Shown here: in pieces, positions 12,265 to 23,474 of the stretch
How the letters are laid out: every line of letters starts with the position of its first letter
Position numbering within the stretch: the first letter of the stretch is position 1
NCBI GenBank assembly: GCA_001599295.1
Contig: BCGN01000003.1
Location: 1,550,001 to 1,614,000 of the forward strand
Direction: 5' to 3'
DNA: 64,000 bases
Origin: Sporopachydermia quercuum
Taxonomy: Eukaryota
Translations under genes and position numbers: made by a program
The notes under the pieces: model-generated
What the model was told of the DNA's origin: nothing
Database searches by the model: none
Seen by the model: the letters and a program-made list of their open reading frames with translations, nothing else

Positions 12265-13471
12265 TAACTTTCTAAATCTAGCCCAGATCAGATTTTTTTT
12301 TTTCAAGGGGACCCTTGCAAATTTTGCTGATCTCAAGCAAAATTTGATGGCCGTTTATTCGATTATTAAACAATAAAGATCTTTTTCAGATCAAATTTGG
12401 TACCAAAATGGGAGATTCTCAAGTTTTATATAGTTTTCTATGGCATACGAAAATACTGCTTATGGTAAAAGCAACCTAACAATATTACCTTTTACGGAAG
12501 TAATATTGATTGATATTCCTCAATCTATGCTTTCTCATTTAAATGTGATTATACTACCCACCACAATACGTTTGACAAATGAATACTCTCTATAGAACAG
12601 TGATGTGATGTTTTTTATTATATTCCTCAACTAATAGTGTATATTGAAGTAAAGGCTGCTATAGATTTCTTGCTGCGTTTCTTCTTGTTCCAGTAGCCCA
12701 GTAGCCCATTCTATTTCATTCTATATGACTCTCCTTGTAGACAATCTCGAGAGGTTCGCATTTTTCGTACCAAATACAAAGATTGATAGATATCCTATGC
12801 AATTCCAGCATACTCCTTTGCCGTTACTACGACTTAACATACACACATCTATGAGTACTGACATCTTTAAGATGTCTTCTCTCAATACATCCTACCCCCA
12901 AAGCCACACCCTATCAAGCAACTTCGAAATCTACAATTCTCAACCCTCGGCTTTCAATTCTTCCATAATAAGCCAAAATATCTTATCTTCACCCAATTTT
13001 AGTCCCCATCCTTTCTGATCCAACAGTTAATCATCAACTTCCTTTCATTGTATCGTCAACCATCATCATAGATCCAAATAAACTTCAGACTAATTTCCAG
13101 TTATTTGCATAAACGTAAACCTTATTCGAAGAAATAATCAAACTCATTGAATGGCAAACTGCTTTGAAAACTTAATGAAAATGATCGACTTTCTCAAAAA
13201 TTGATTAAAAGCATATCAAAATACATAAATAGGTTAGTTCCGTTTATAAATTTATGACACCAGGTTTTGTTTGAAAAGAATCANCGTTTCTTCGAAATCA
13301 AGGATCGAAAATATCCACTTATCGCACCATACAAATGGTTGATGAATAGTATAGCATCTCCAAGTAATTGATTGTATGGTACATGGAGGAAAAAGACATT
13401 TGATTAATTGCAATACGACAGTATTGCAATTAAAATTATGATTGAACGGCAAGTAGGAAAGATAGTTCAAT

Positions 13472-16400
13472 ATGTCTTTTTCTTCTCGTAAGACTAGAAC
13501 TAAATCTCGTGGTAATAATAGTAATAGCTCGAGAGCTACTTATGGGCAATTGGATCCGGTTTATAAGGATATGATGAGAGATTACCTTGTTGAAGAGAAA
13601 AACAAGTCTGGGANTGAAAGGCCATTGAAACGGAAACAACGGAAACGTGGAACTGATAGAACTGATAAAGACGAACATGCTGTCATCGAAATCGATAGTG
13701 ATAGTGATAAGAGTGGCAGAAGTGCTAACACGGTCAAACAACAACGGCAGAACAACAAACTAAGCAATCGTGAAGACGAATCAAACGGTTCAGTTTCTAA
13801 TACTAAAAATATAACTTACCTGTCAAGTGATGAAGCTGGTGATGCTGATGTTGCTGTTGTTACTGATAGAATCAAAAGGAGCAGGAAGAACAACGATACT
13901 AACATCAATAACACTANTAATATCAGCGTAGACTCGGCTTTTACTACTCCAGTTTCTCCCACCTTTTCTGCTTCTTCTGAATCCTTTGATGATGATGATT
14001 TCGAAGACGTGACTATCGATTCTGATAATCTCCCCCTGAGATCAACTTCTGCTACTCCTACGACTACTCCTATCCCTAACTCTTGGTTAAGTACATCTAC
14101 CTCTACGTCGGATGATTTGAATATATCGTTTGAGCCTGCAACTCCACTAAGCCAACAGAAAAAACCTTCAAAACAAGTAATTATCTCCAAAGAGGANCGG
14201 GAGTTCAGGACTAAATTCCATATGCTATCTTTGCTAGCACAACTAGCTCATGGCTATATACGGAACAAATGGTTGAATGATTTCGAGATAAGAAAAGCCT
14301 TAAAACGGTATATAACTACTGGTTTAAAGCAGGAGCTGTATCCTTCGGATCAGCTTGGAAATCACTTAAAAAATAGAAAATTCCTTGATGGTGTTCGCCA
14401 TGCTATGCATGAATGGAACTCCCATTTCAACCTAGCATCAAAGCAAGCGACAATCTTCTGCAGAACCTGGCCGGAGATTGAAATGAAGTGTAAACTAAGG
14501 AGAAAAGACGCAATGACCTTAAAAAGGTTCAGGCGGCAAATTATTAATCGGAGGGGCTCCTTGGAAATAGGAGCTCAAGGATTCTGTGCTTTTCTCAGAG
14601 CTCTTGATTTAGATGCTAGACTAATTCTCTCGCTACAACCGCCTGATATAACGTCTTTTGCTGTGGGTAAGAAGGCTAGTAATATGAATGAAAACACTAG
14701 TAATGAGTTGGATAATCCAGCCTTCCAGCGGTCTGGTGTCCCATTGGTTCTCACCGACACTTACCCCGTTTATTGGGTCGAAGTGTACAATCCGTATTCC
14801 AAAAGCTGGGTAACTGTAGATCCGATGGTTCAGAAGATAGTAGAAATTGTCGGGAAGAAATCCAAGCTTGAGCCGCCGCAATCGGATGTTCGGAATATTT
14901 TGCGGTACGTTATTGCGTATGATAGCTGTTACTATTGCCGAGATGTCACTCGGAGATATGCCCATGCTATGAACAGTAAGACTCGGAAGCGGAGAATCAC
15001 CCGAGATGAGACCGGCGATAAATGGTGGGATCGCGTGATTGGCAGCTTAGCACCTAAATTTGCTTCCGAGCGGGAAATAGCCGAAGATTCCGAAATGTTG
15101 AAACGGCATTTGGCGGAGGGAATGCCTTCAAATGTCCAGGACTTCAAGAATCATCCCGTGTACGCTTTAGAACGCCATTTGCATAAAAATCAAGTGATCT
15201 ATCCGAAAGCAAGATGCGGAACGCTGAGAATCAAAGGAACAAAAGGTACTCCCGATTCCGTGATTTCAGTATATAAACGGCAGGATGTTCATACGCTACG
15301 CTCGGCCCGCGCTTGGTATCAGAGAGGTAGGATAATAAAAATGGGAGAACGATGTTTACTTACTGTTAAACATATAAGTTTAGGTAATCAAATAAAACGG
15401 ACCGGAGATACCAATCCCGGTTCAGATCTAGAAGAGCTATTCCAAGACCGAGAAGAAGGGGACGATGTTCGGCTATACGGCGAATTTCAAACCGAACTTT
15501 ACATTCCGCCTGAAGTAATCAACGGAATAATCACAAAAAACGGCTACGATAACATTGATGTTTATGTACCAAGTATGATTCCCAAAGGAGCCGTTCATAT
15601 TCGGAAAAAGAATGCCGAGGAGGCAGCAAAACTGGTCGGAGTTGACTACGCCAAAGCTGTCGTTGGCTTCGATTATAACAAACGGAACGCTAACCCGAAA
15701 ATTGAAGGTGTGGTAGTAGCGGAAGAGTTTGCCGAGGCTGTCGAAGCTGTTTCCGATGCTTTGTATCAGCAACGTCGGGAAGAATTTCGGGACAACCTAG
15801 AATTGAAGCTGTTTATGATGTGGAAAACGCTATTAACGAAAATGACCATTCAGCAGAGGCTTGAAGCCCAGCATGGAGCTGTCGATGATTTGGACAATGA
15901 GGGAGCAGCAAAAACTGTGAAAACAGTAGGAACGGGAGATCGAAGCCTCAGAAGAGCTAAAAGTAAGGAAGCGTATAATGAAGATGAGGAATTTGACTCG
16001 TACGATGAGAATTCGTATATAAGCGATCATGAAAGCAATGGAGAGTTCAGTGATGAGTTTGCCCATGAATATGGTGATAGCGATGACGATGACGATGATG
16101 AGTTTGCAGGAGGATTTCTACTTGGGGATGCGATTGAAGTTGACGAGATGCCAATGAAGTCTGTTGAAAGAGATGATGGTTTGCATGTGGCTGGAGCTGA
16201 TGGGACTGATGAAGTTCCAGAAAAAGGAAAATCTGTACTGAAAAAAGGAATTGTGGCTAAAGACAATGACGACGACGACAACGAACTGGGTGGGTTTATA
16301 CCTGAAAAGGGTAATGGTTCTGAAGCAGAAGGCATTGTCCCTGAAAAGGATAGCGGTTCCGAGTACGATGGTGGCATTTTAACAAATCCAGAGATATTAT

Positions 16401-16960
16401 CCGAATCAGGAGAAGATCTCATCTCCAACTCCAACTACAATTCCGGTAATCTCTTACCAGAAACAGCTATTTCCTCTCCCAAATCAGGACCCCATCTTAC
16501 GAAAAACTCATCCAACCGCTCATCTTCGGCTCCTATGACGTACCTTGAAACTTCGGATGAATCACCAACTGAGTCCCTCACTGATTCTGATGAAGATCCA
16601 AATTTCAAATACACCGCGAAATTATCAACCGTTCGGCCTAATTTCAATACCCGAGGAAAGTCTCAGCAACGTAGTCTAAAATACGAATTAGTGGTGAAAC
16701 CCAATGAGGATGGTCCTGGTGCTGAAAATGATAATCGTGTTTCTACTTTTGGTATCAATAACAGTAACATTCCAAAAGATACTGCAACTTTAGCTAAACG
16801 AGAACAAAAGTCACCGGAAGAGGAAATACCCGGTGATCTCTCCGGGTATTCTGGTGAAGAAGAGGAAGAAAACCAAGAAAACGAAAATAAAAGTGTGATA
16901 GAAACAGGAAAACAAGAGGACGAAGATGATTTTGATTTCGAATACAGCGATGACGAATAA
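13472..16960 (+). CDS. RAD4: DNA damage recognition protein Rad4/XPC
   Basis: Transglutaminase-like core (AQGFCAFLRAL, YWVEVY, RDVTRRYA), BHD domains (FKNHPVYALERHL, LRSARAWY, KNGYDNIDVYVPSMIPKG), N-terminal acidic DDFEDV motif. Confidence 0.95.
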   Translation: MSFSSRKTRTKSRGNNSNSSRATYGQLDPVYKDMMRDYLVEEKNKSGXERPLKRKQRKRGTDRTDKDEHAVIEIDSDSDKSGRSANTVKQQRQNNKLSNREDESNGSVSNTKNITYLSSDEAGDADVAVVTDRIKRSRKNNDTNINNTXNISVDSAFTTPVSPTFSASSESFDDDDFEDVTIDSDNLPLRSTSATPTTTPIPNSWLSTSTSTSDDLNISFEPATPLSQQKKPSKQVIISKEXREFRTKFHMLSLLAQLAHGYIRNKWLNDFEIRKALKRYITTGLKQELYPSDQLGNHLKNRKFLDGVRHAMHEWNSHFNLASKQATIFCRTWPEIEMKCKLRRKDAMTLKRFRRQIINRRGSLEIGAQGFCAFLRALDLDARLILSLQPPDITSFAVGKKASNMNENTSNELDNPAFQRSGVPLVLTDTYPVYWVEVYNPYSKSWVTVDPMVQKIVEIVGKKSKLEPPQSDVRNILRYVIAYDSCYYCRDVTRRYAHAMNSKTRKRRITRDETGDKWWDRVIGSLAPKFASEREIAEDSEMLKRHLAEGMPSNVQDFKNHPVYALERHLHKNQVIYPKARCGTLRIKGTKGTPDSVISVYKRQDVHTLRSARAWYQRGRIIKMGERCLLTVKHISLGNQIKRTGDTNPGSDLEELFQDREEGDDVRLYGEFQTELYIPPEVINGIITKNGYDNIDVYVPSMIPKGAVHIRKKNAEEAAKLVGVDYAKAVVGFDYNKRNANPKIEGVVVAEEFAEAVEAVSDALYQQRREEFRDNLELKLFMMWKTLLTKMTIQQRLEAQHGAVDDLDNEGAAKTVKTVGTGDRSLRRAKSKEAYNEDEEFDSYDENSYISDHESNGEFSDEFAHEYGDSDDDDDDEFAGGFLLGDAIEVDEMPMKSVERDDGLHVAGADGTDEVPEKGKSVLKKGIVAKDNDDDDNELGGFIPEKGNGSEAEGIVPEKDSGSEYDGGILTNPEILSESGEDLISNSNYNSGNLLPETAISSPKSGPHLTKNSSNRSSSAPMTYLETSDESPTESLTDSDEDPNFKYTAKLSTVRPNFNTRGKSQQRSLKYELVVKPNEDGPGAENDNRVSTFGINNSNIPKDTATLAKREQKSPEEEIPGDLSGYSGEEEEENQENENKSVIETGKQEDEDDFDFEYSDDE

Positions 16961-17404
16961 TTGGAGCTCAACATAAGGAAATTGAAAGATTCTGATCATT
17001 AAAATGAAATAGGAATGTATATTAAACAGCTGACATTGTATGTTAATAATATAGTCGATATCTATCTATAAGTAGACGATAAAGGAAGGAAACCAATGAT
17101 GATTATAAACTCAAAAGGAAGATTTGAAAAGTTTCTCTAATATAATAACTTATGAAGATATCAAAAGCCTTTTCAATTCTGTTTTCCTACTAATCATTGA
17201 ATAGCAGAGCTTTGATATGTTGTTGTTTCAGGATAACAGCGAGAATATGACCGAAGAAGCAGTACCGAGCTTACATCGCCACCAAATATTTAGGTAATCA
17301 ATTCCATTATTGATATAAATATACGCTTCGTTCCTTGATAAAATTGTTTTATTTCGTTTACAGTTCTATAAATCTACCTGAAGCGCGCATAAAAGAGATA
17401 TCAT

Positions 17405-17428
17405 CGGAAAAGATATCCGATATCGGAA
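17405..17428. promoter_or_regulatory. CGG-triplet cluster with perfect palindrome TCCGATATCGGA (candidate Zn2Cys6 factor site) upstream of NHA1
   Basis: 12-bp palindrome at 17416-17427 plus CGGAAA at 17405; further CGGATA at 17511 and 17580. Confidence 0.3.
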
Positions 17429-18530
17429 ACTATTAAAAATAAGCTTTTACTCCAAGAAAAGCTTAAGCTAAATAAGGCAGTTTGGCAGGTCTGCTGAAGA
17501 TAACGTTTTGCGGATAACGAAGCTTATCACCAACCTTTATCTATTGGGACACAGAAGGAAATGATACGATGAGATACAGCGGATAGATTTGATGTAAAGT
17601 TTTATATTAAGGATTTTGTCTAATAAATAGATTATGTTAATAGTACTTATTTGGTTAGATTTCTCTTGGAGTACGTTTATTTATACATATATAATGATTT
17701 CTTCTTTACTTGTAAGGGGACTGCGACAGATGATGTTCTGCGACTTTCTTATGTACAGCGAAATCTTAAAATAAAGTTATGATTCCATCTACCCTGCTTT
17801 ATTCTGTCTTTTGAACAGAGATCCCCAAACTGCGTGGTTCTGACTTAAACAAAAACCTGTATCAAACATTCTAATACTACCAAATTACGAAAAATCAGAT
17901 AGATCAACAATAAAAAGCACTAAACGTCATTTTACATCTTCCCTGGCGCCCCACATAGATTATGGCACTGAATAATCTCTGCATATGCTCTGCATATTTT
18001 TCTATACATTTATCTGCTGTCTCATGCATATGTGCAGCATTGACGTACTCCGTACAATTCATGCTTCTCTCTAAAACTCTATTCTCCGGAATATTGTCCT
18101 TTGCCTTTCCTCTCATTTTTATATTCCCTGCTATTCGAGGTTTGTGCAGTGCATCAACACTTTTTCAACTGCTACGATTGATCAGCTATACAATATGTTT
18201 CAGTATAGGAGATAAAAGAAGAGATTCAGTTTTACTCTTAGTTAAATGTTTACTGTGTCTTTGTTTGCTGGTCTCAACTCAGCTATAGCACTTGCACACA
18301 GATAGAATAGTAGTAACATACGAAATCGCTATCATAAGACACCAACCACAGCCACATCACATCACCTATTGCTAGATTGATTGTTTGATTACTGAGTGCT
18401 ATTTTGCTCAAGTGCTTCCCTAGTTGCTACCTACAAATTCCACAACAAGACAGAGCAAATAATGAACCGATAAACTTGTTCCTATTGGTATTGCTATAAT
18501 TATTAATCGCTATCTTGTATGCTATCTATA

Positions 18531-21251
18531 ATGGCTTGGGATCATCTAAACCTAGCAGAAACACACATTGCCTACGCTATATTAGGTACGTTTACTGCTT
18601 TATTTTCATTGGTCTCTCTGTTCGTAAAAGAACGATTATACATCGGTGAGGCCACTGTAGCTGTGATATGTGGTATCATCGTAGGTCCTTTTTGTTTAAA
18701 CTGGTTCACGCCTACAACTTGGGGTGACACTGATAATATCACTTTGGAGATCTCCCGAATAGTTCTATGTGTTCAGATTTTTGCTGTGGCTGTCGAACTG
18801 CCAAAAAAGTATATGCTTCGCCACGCTTTATCCGTGGTGATGCTCCTTGTGCCCGTTATGACTTATGGGTGGCTCATCACTTCAGTCTTCGTATGGAAAC
18901 TCTTTCCGCAGCTTTCATGGCTAGAAGGATTGATTGTCGCAGCCTGTGTAACTGCCACTGATCCCGTGTTGGCTTCTGCTGTCGTCGGTAAAGGTAAATT
19001 TGCTCAGAGAGTGCCAGGTCATCTCAGAAACATTCTTTCTGCTGAATCAGGCTGTAATGATGGTATGGCCTTCCCTTTCTTATATCTTGGATTATACATT
19101 TTAGAACATGAAGGACATGCAGGAGAGATTATCAAAGACTGGATATGCGTTACGATCCTCTATGAATGTTTCTTTGGATGTATATTAGGATTTACTATTG
19201 GTTATTTAGGTAGACATTCTATCAAATTTGCTGAGAAACATAACATCATTGACAGAGAGTCTTTCTTGGTATTTTACTTTTGTTTGGCTTTAATGTGTGC
19301 AGGATTTGGCTCAATGCTGGGCACCGACGATCTTCTAGTATCCTTTGCTGCGGGAGCTACTTTTTCGTGGGACGGATGGTTTGCAAGGAAGACTGAAGAA
19401 GCTCATGTATCAAACGTCATTGATTTACTGTTAAATTTGGCATATTTCGTTTACTTTGGGGCTATTATTCCATTCCAGTTCTTCAACCAAGCAGTTTTGG
19501 GACTTGAAGCTTGGAGATTGGTAGTTCTAGCTATTCTAGTTATCCTCTTCAGACGTATTCCCGCTCTGATAATGTGTAAACCTTTGATTCCTGACGTGAA
19601 AACATGGAGAGAAGCATTGTTCTGTGGGCATTTTGGTCCAATTGGAGTGGGAGCTATTTTTGTTTCCATTCTGGCGAGAGCTGAGCTTGAACATGAGAAA
19701 ATACCTTTACAAGAGCTGCCACAACCAGGAGCACCTAACTATTATATCGTGACTGTTATTTGGCCTATTGTTACCTTTATGGTGTTGTCTTCTATTATAG
19801 TTCATGGCTCGTCTGTAGCTGTTATCACTTTAGGAAGACATTTGAATACTATGGCTCTAACCATGTCCTATACTACTACTAATACCACTGGCAACCCTCA
19901 AAGCTGGTTATCACGTTTGCCAGGCATCGATAGCAAAAAGTCCATGTCTTTACATAGGATTGACACTATGAGCACTGATGATATTCCGAGAAGGTTTTCC
20001 TATGGAACTGTAGCTCATCACGCAGGCGGAATGTCTGCTGAGACTGTCAGAGAGAGGAGGAAGGCAAAGAGAGATCGTAGGAGACGTCGTGGTATTATCA
20101 AGGGAAAAAATGGTGATTTTGAGGAAGAATCTAGACCGGCACCAGTTAATATTCCTATTGACTTAGGTGCCATTCATCGGGAAAGGTATGAAAACACCGC
20201 TGAGCCTTCAAATAGAATCTCGAATGAAAATGCTGTTGAAAATACTGTCCAAACTCCAATGCATAATAGCGATAACGAGAGAGAGAGTACTGATAATGTT
20301 GTACCTGTTATACCTACGGTGTCTATTCAACAAATTATGGAAACAGACACTGCTGCTCAATTACCTGATGTACCTATAAAACTTGGTACTGTGACAGGTC
20401 AATCGATCAGCAAAATAAATTCGAATCCTGTGACTGCCTATGGAGAGGGCAACAAGCTTATCTTAGAAGACTCTACTGGTGAGATTGTTCATACTATTTC
20501 CCGCGAGGCAGACAGTACTTCTGGCGATACCGGCGGACCCTCAGGAAGTGACAACGGCAGCACCAACAATAGCACTATTAATAACAATACTAGTGCTACA
20601 ATCAGCAGATCAGCCAGTATAATAAGCAGAATATCGTCCAGGATTAAATCTAAGCGAAAGTCAAAGAAACAAAAAGTGGTTGCTTATAAGATCGATAACG
20701 ACATTGTTATCGAAAACGAAGAAGGAGAAGTGATCAAACGGTATAGAATCAATCATCATCAAGTGGAGTCAAACTCAGGATTAGGATCTGTGTCTGAAGC
20801 TCCAACAAGAGCAAGATCGGCTACTATTTCAATGATGGGAACGTTAGAGAGAGCTGCTTCTCTCATAGGGGTTAAAAGGAGAGGAACAGTCCACGGCGAT
20901 TTGGAATCAGGAGCCTCAACTGCTGGTGGTGCTAGCACAGGTGTAAGTCCTGCGGTTCATGTGGGCCTCATGCCTTTGCAGGAACAACATATACGAGAAG
21001 AAGAAGAAAATGATGACTATGATGATAATCAAATGGATTCTGAAGAAGATGATGACCTCGATACTGATAGTGATGATGAGGACAACGAGAACGATAACGA
21101 CAGCGAGGAAGAAGAGGAGGAGCTTGATACCACACCGGAGACAGAAATTGAACGTAGAAGAAGACTGGCAGCGTTAGGAATCTCATCTGATGTCGGACAT
21201 GATAGTGATGAGGAAGAAGATCTTCCAGCGCTTGCCAAGAAGAAGGTTTAA
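18531..21251 (+). CDS. NHA1: Plasma-membrane Na+(K+)/H+ antiporter
   Basis: SLFVKERLYIGE, TATDPVLA, AESGCNDG, GHFGPIGVGA, SIIVHGSS and a long hydrophilic C-tail; MAWDHL start at 18531 preferred (upstream in-frame ATG at 18519). Confidence 0.96.
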   Translation: MAWDHLNLAETHIAYAILGTFTALFSLVSLFVKERLYIGEATVAVICGIIVGPFCLNWFTPTTWGDTDNITLEISRIVLCVQIFAVAVELPKKYMLRHALSVVMLLVPVMTYGWLITSVFVWKLFPQLSWLEGLIVAACVTATDPVLASAVVGKGKFAQRVPGHLRNILSAESGCNDGMAFPFLYLGLYILEHEGHAGEIIKDWICVTILYECFFGCILGFTIGYLGRHSIKFAEKHNIIDRESFLVFYFCLALMCAGFGSMLGTDDLLVSFAAGATFSWDGWFARKTEEAHVSNVIDLLLNLAYFVYFGAIIPFQFFNQAVLGLEAWRLVVLAILVILFRRIPALIMCKPLIPDVKTWREALFCGHFGPIGVGAIFVSILARAELEHEKIPLQELPQPGAPNYYIVTVIWPIVTFMVLSSIIVHGSSVAVITLGRHLNTMALTMSYTTTNTTGNPQSWLSRLPGIDSKKSMSLHRIDTMSTDDIPRRFSYGTVAHHAGGMSAETVRERRKAKRDRRRRRGIIKGKNGDFEEESRPAPVNIPIDLGAIHRERYENTAEPSNRISNENAVENTVQTPMHNSDNERESTDNVVPVIPTVSIQQIMETDTAAQLPDVPIKLGTVTGQSISKINSNPVTAYGEGNKLILEDSTGEIVHTISREADSTSGDTGGPSGSDNGSTNNSTINNNTSATISRSASIISRISSRIKSKRKSKKQKVVAYKIDNDIVIENEEGEVIKRYRINHHQVESNSGLGSVSEAPTRARSATISMMGTLERAASLIGVKRRGTVHGDLESGASTAGGASTGVSPAVHVGLMPLQEQHIREEEENDDYDDNQMDSEEDDDLDTDSDDEDNENDNDSEEEEEELDTTPETEIERRRRLAALGISSDVGHDSDEEEDLPALAKKKV

Positions 21252-21727
21252 TTTGTTACGTTGTGATTTCTGTCCAATAGTTCTCTGCTCTTCTGTTGTC
21301 TTCGGTATTAGTAGCAATGAACTGTCGATATCCATTTCTATTTCCAGTTCCTTCTGATTACTTCCATTTTCATGTCTTGAGAATCACCTAAGAATATCTC
21401 AATTCAGTATTGCTAATCCTCATTGAAATACTCATTCACGCAACTACATACTAAGAGACATACATAGATACATGGATACAAACGTATATAATGATAGTAC
21501 TGAACCTAATCATCATTATAACTATATTAACAATAGCTATAAGAATAATGTAAAATCATTAATAAACATATAATTGAAATATTAACATTATGAACCGAAT
21601 TTAATACATAATCAAATTATCACCAAACTCAACTATTCCTTTGAACATATATATTATATCACCACTAAAAATACCCTAAACAACCAAACATACACACATA
21701 TACACCTCAGTATAGTGAATACTGCTA

Positions 21728-22673
21728 TTAAGCCTTAATTGGTTCTGCTCCTGGTTTGGTTTCTGTTTGAGCACTTTCAGCAGTTTGACCACTGATAATC
21801 ACTTTGAAAGCATCAAGAGGTGAGCGGTTTAAAGTGCCAGTTTGATAGGTATATAGACGTCCTATTTGAGCCACGGCGACAGTTCCCAAGAAGAAATTGA
21901 CTGATGCCAAAAGGTAATTCTTTGGTTTGATGATCATACACCAACGGGTCCAAATAATACCAGTAGCTGCTAATGCCAGTTGTTGAGTACCAGAGATCTT
22001 CTCCACTGGTCTTTGTAAGTCAGAAATACCTGCAAATACAAGGGCCCACTATAGATTGTTAGTATTTTCATTCATCATTCGAAAGAACTAGAAGAACGTG
22101 AGAAAAACAGCATGAAGAAGAAGAGTTATATTTGATCTCAGTAGATCTTGGTGTATGCAAATTGAAAAGATTATAAGTGGCCTAGTCCTTTGAGATACTG
22201 TGGTTCACGAAAATATCCTGCGCTTTCTTCTGATTTTATGTGGCTGAATCTACTATCGAATGGAACAGTTTTTTGCACTTCTGTTTCTTATTATTAACAA
22301 TAGTTAATCCAAATCCATTCAAATTCATAATATAGTGTGATGTCCTTCTGATTGCAGTCATTCTTCTATAATGCTGCCACTGGTTCCATCCTCATTTAAT
22401 CTCCCAATTGCCTTCCCATAAAACAGATCAATTCAACACCCCATTTTGATTTCAATGACTAAAATCTTACCTTCATAACAGGAGCCTATCAAAAATTAAT
22501 ACGTTAGTAACATTATCTCATCAAACTATCAAAACACATTATATGTATGCAAGAGCAACCAATCAATAAATTACCCCACACCATACATCTTCTCATCAAT
22601 TCAAACATACCCAAAAATGAATGGTTCTTGGACCTGTCTCGGAATTGAGAAACCTTTGGAATCTAGAAGCCAT
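21728..22673 (-). CDS. MPC2: Mitochondrial pyruvate carrier subunit MPC2/MPC3 type, 3 exons
   Basis: Exons 22673-22611 (MASRFQRFLNSETGPRTIHFW), 22485-22471 (APVMK), 22048-21728 (WALVFAGISDLQRPVEK...). Intron 22610-22486: GTATGT..TACTAAC..TAG. Intron 22470-22049: GTAAGA..TACTAAC..TAG. Confidence 0.92.
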
Positions 22674-23474
22674 TTTCACGACTTTCTGATAGGTGAATAC
22701 AATAACAATAAAGTATCTTTGCTATACAATATTATGTTCAAAACTTCCAAGCTCTAAACCGTATCACCATGTATATAGTGTTATCTGTTGATGCAACTTC
22801 AAGTACTTTACTCAAACAAACGATGTGCCAATACTCTCCAATAAACTCCAAGTAGTCCAAAACACTAGAAATTATCTACCTGAAAATGCACTCGTAATCT
22901 AGTATATATCTACCAATTGAATGATTGATATAAACAGTTGATAAAGGATCCTCTCAATTGTTTTTTATCCTTCATCATTTAACCGGTTTTGCTTACAATT
23001 ACAAACCTTTCTACAATAGTGAGTCTGTGTTAAACTTCGGGGTTAAATGTATTCTCGAGAAATGCCCCCTGAAAGGAAGAATCAAGTGGGGGGAAACTGA
23101 GAGATGCCAAACACCCAGACATATGGGAATGTAGGGAATCAATGTGGAAATATGAGTTATATGATGAGATATGATGTTAGAAAATCTGAAGTGTGGATAA
23201 AATGGAGAGGAAGATAGGAGAAATCGAGCTCTCAGAGAAAATGATTGGGGATGCCGGTTTTCTTTCGGTTCAATCAGTGAATCGTTGAAAGAAATTCTTT
23301 TAGGAAGTTTTAGAAGTAACAATTGGAAGTTCATGAAAAACATTGGGCATTATGGTATAGGCACGTCGGTCCATGGTAATGAACCCATTTGTAGATCTAC
23401 GTCAAACTCATACGATGGTGAAACACTTGATTATTACAAGGATTTGATTTTACTTATTGAACTATGATAGTAAA

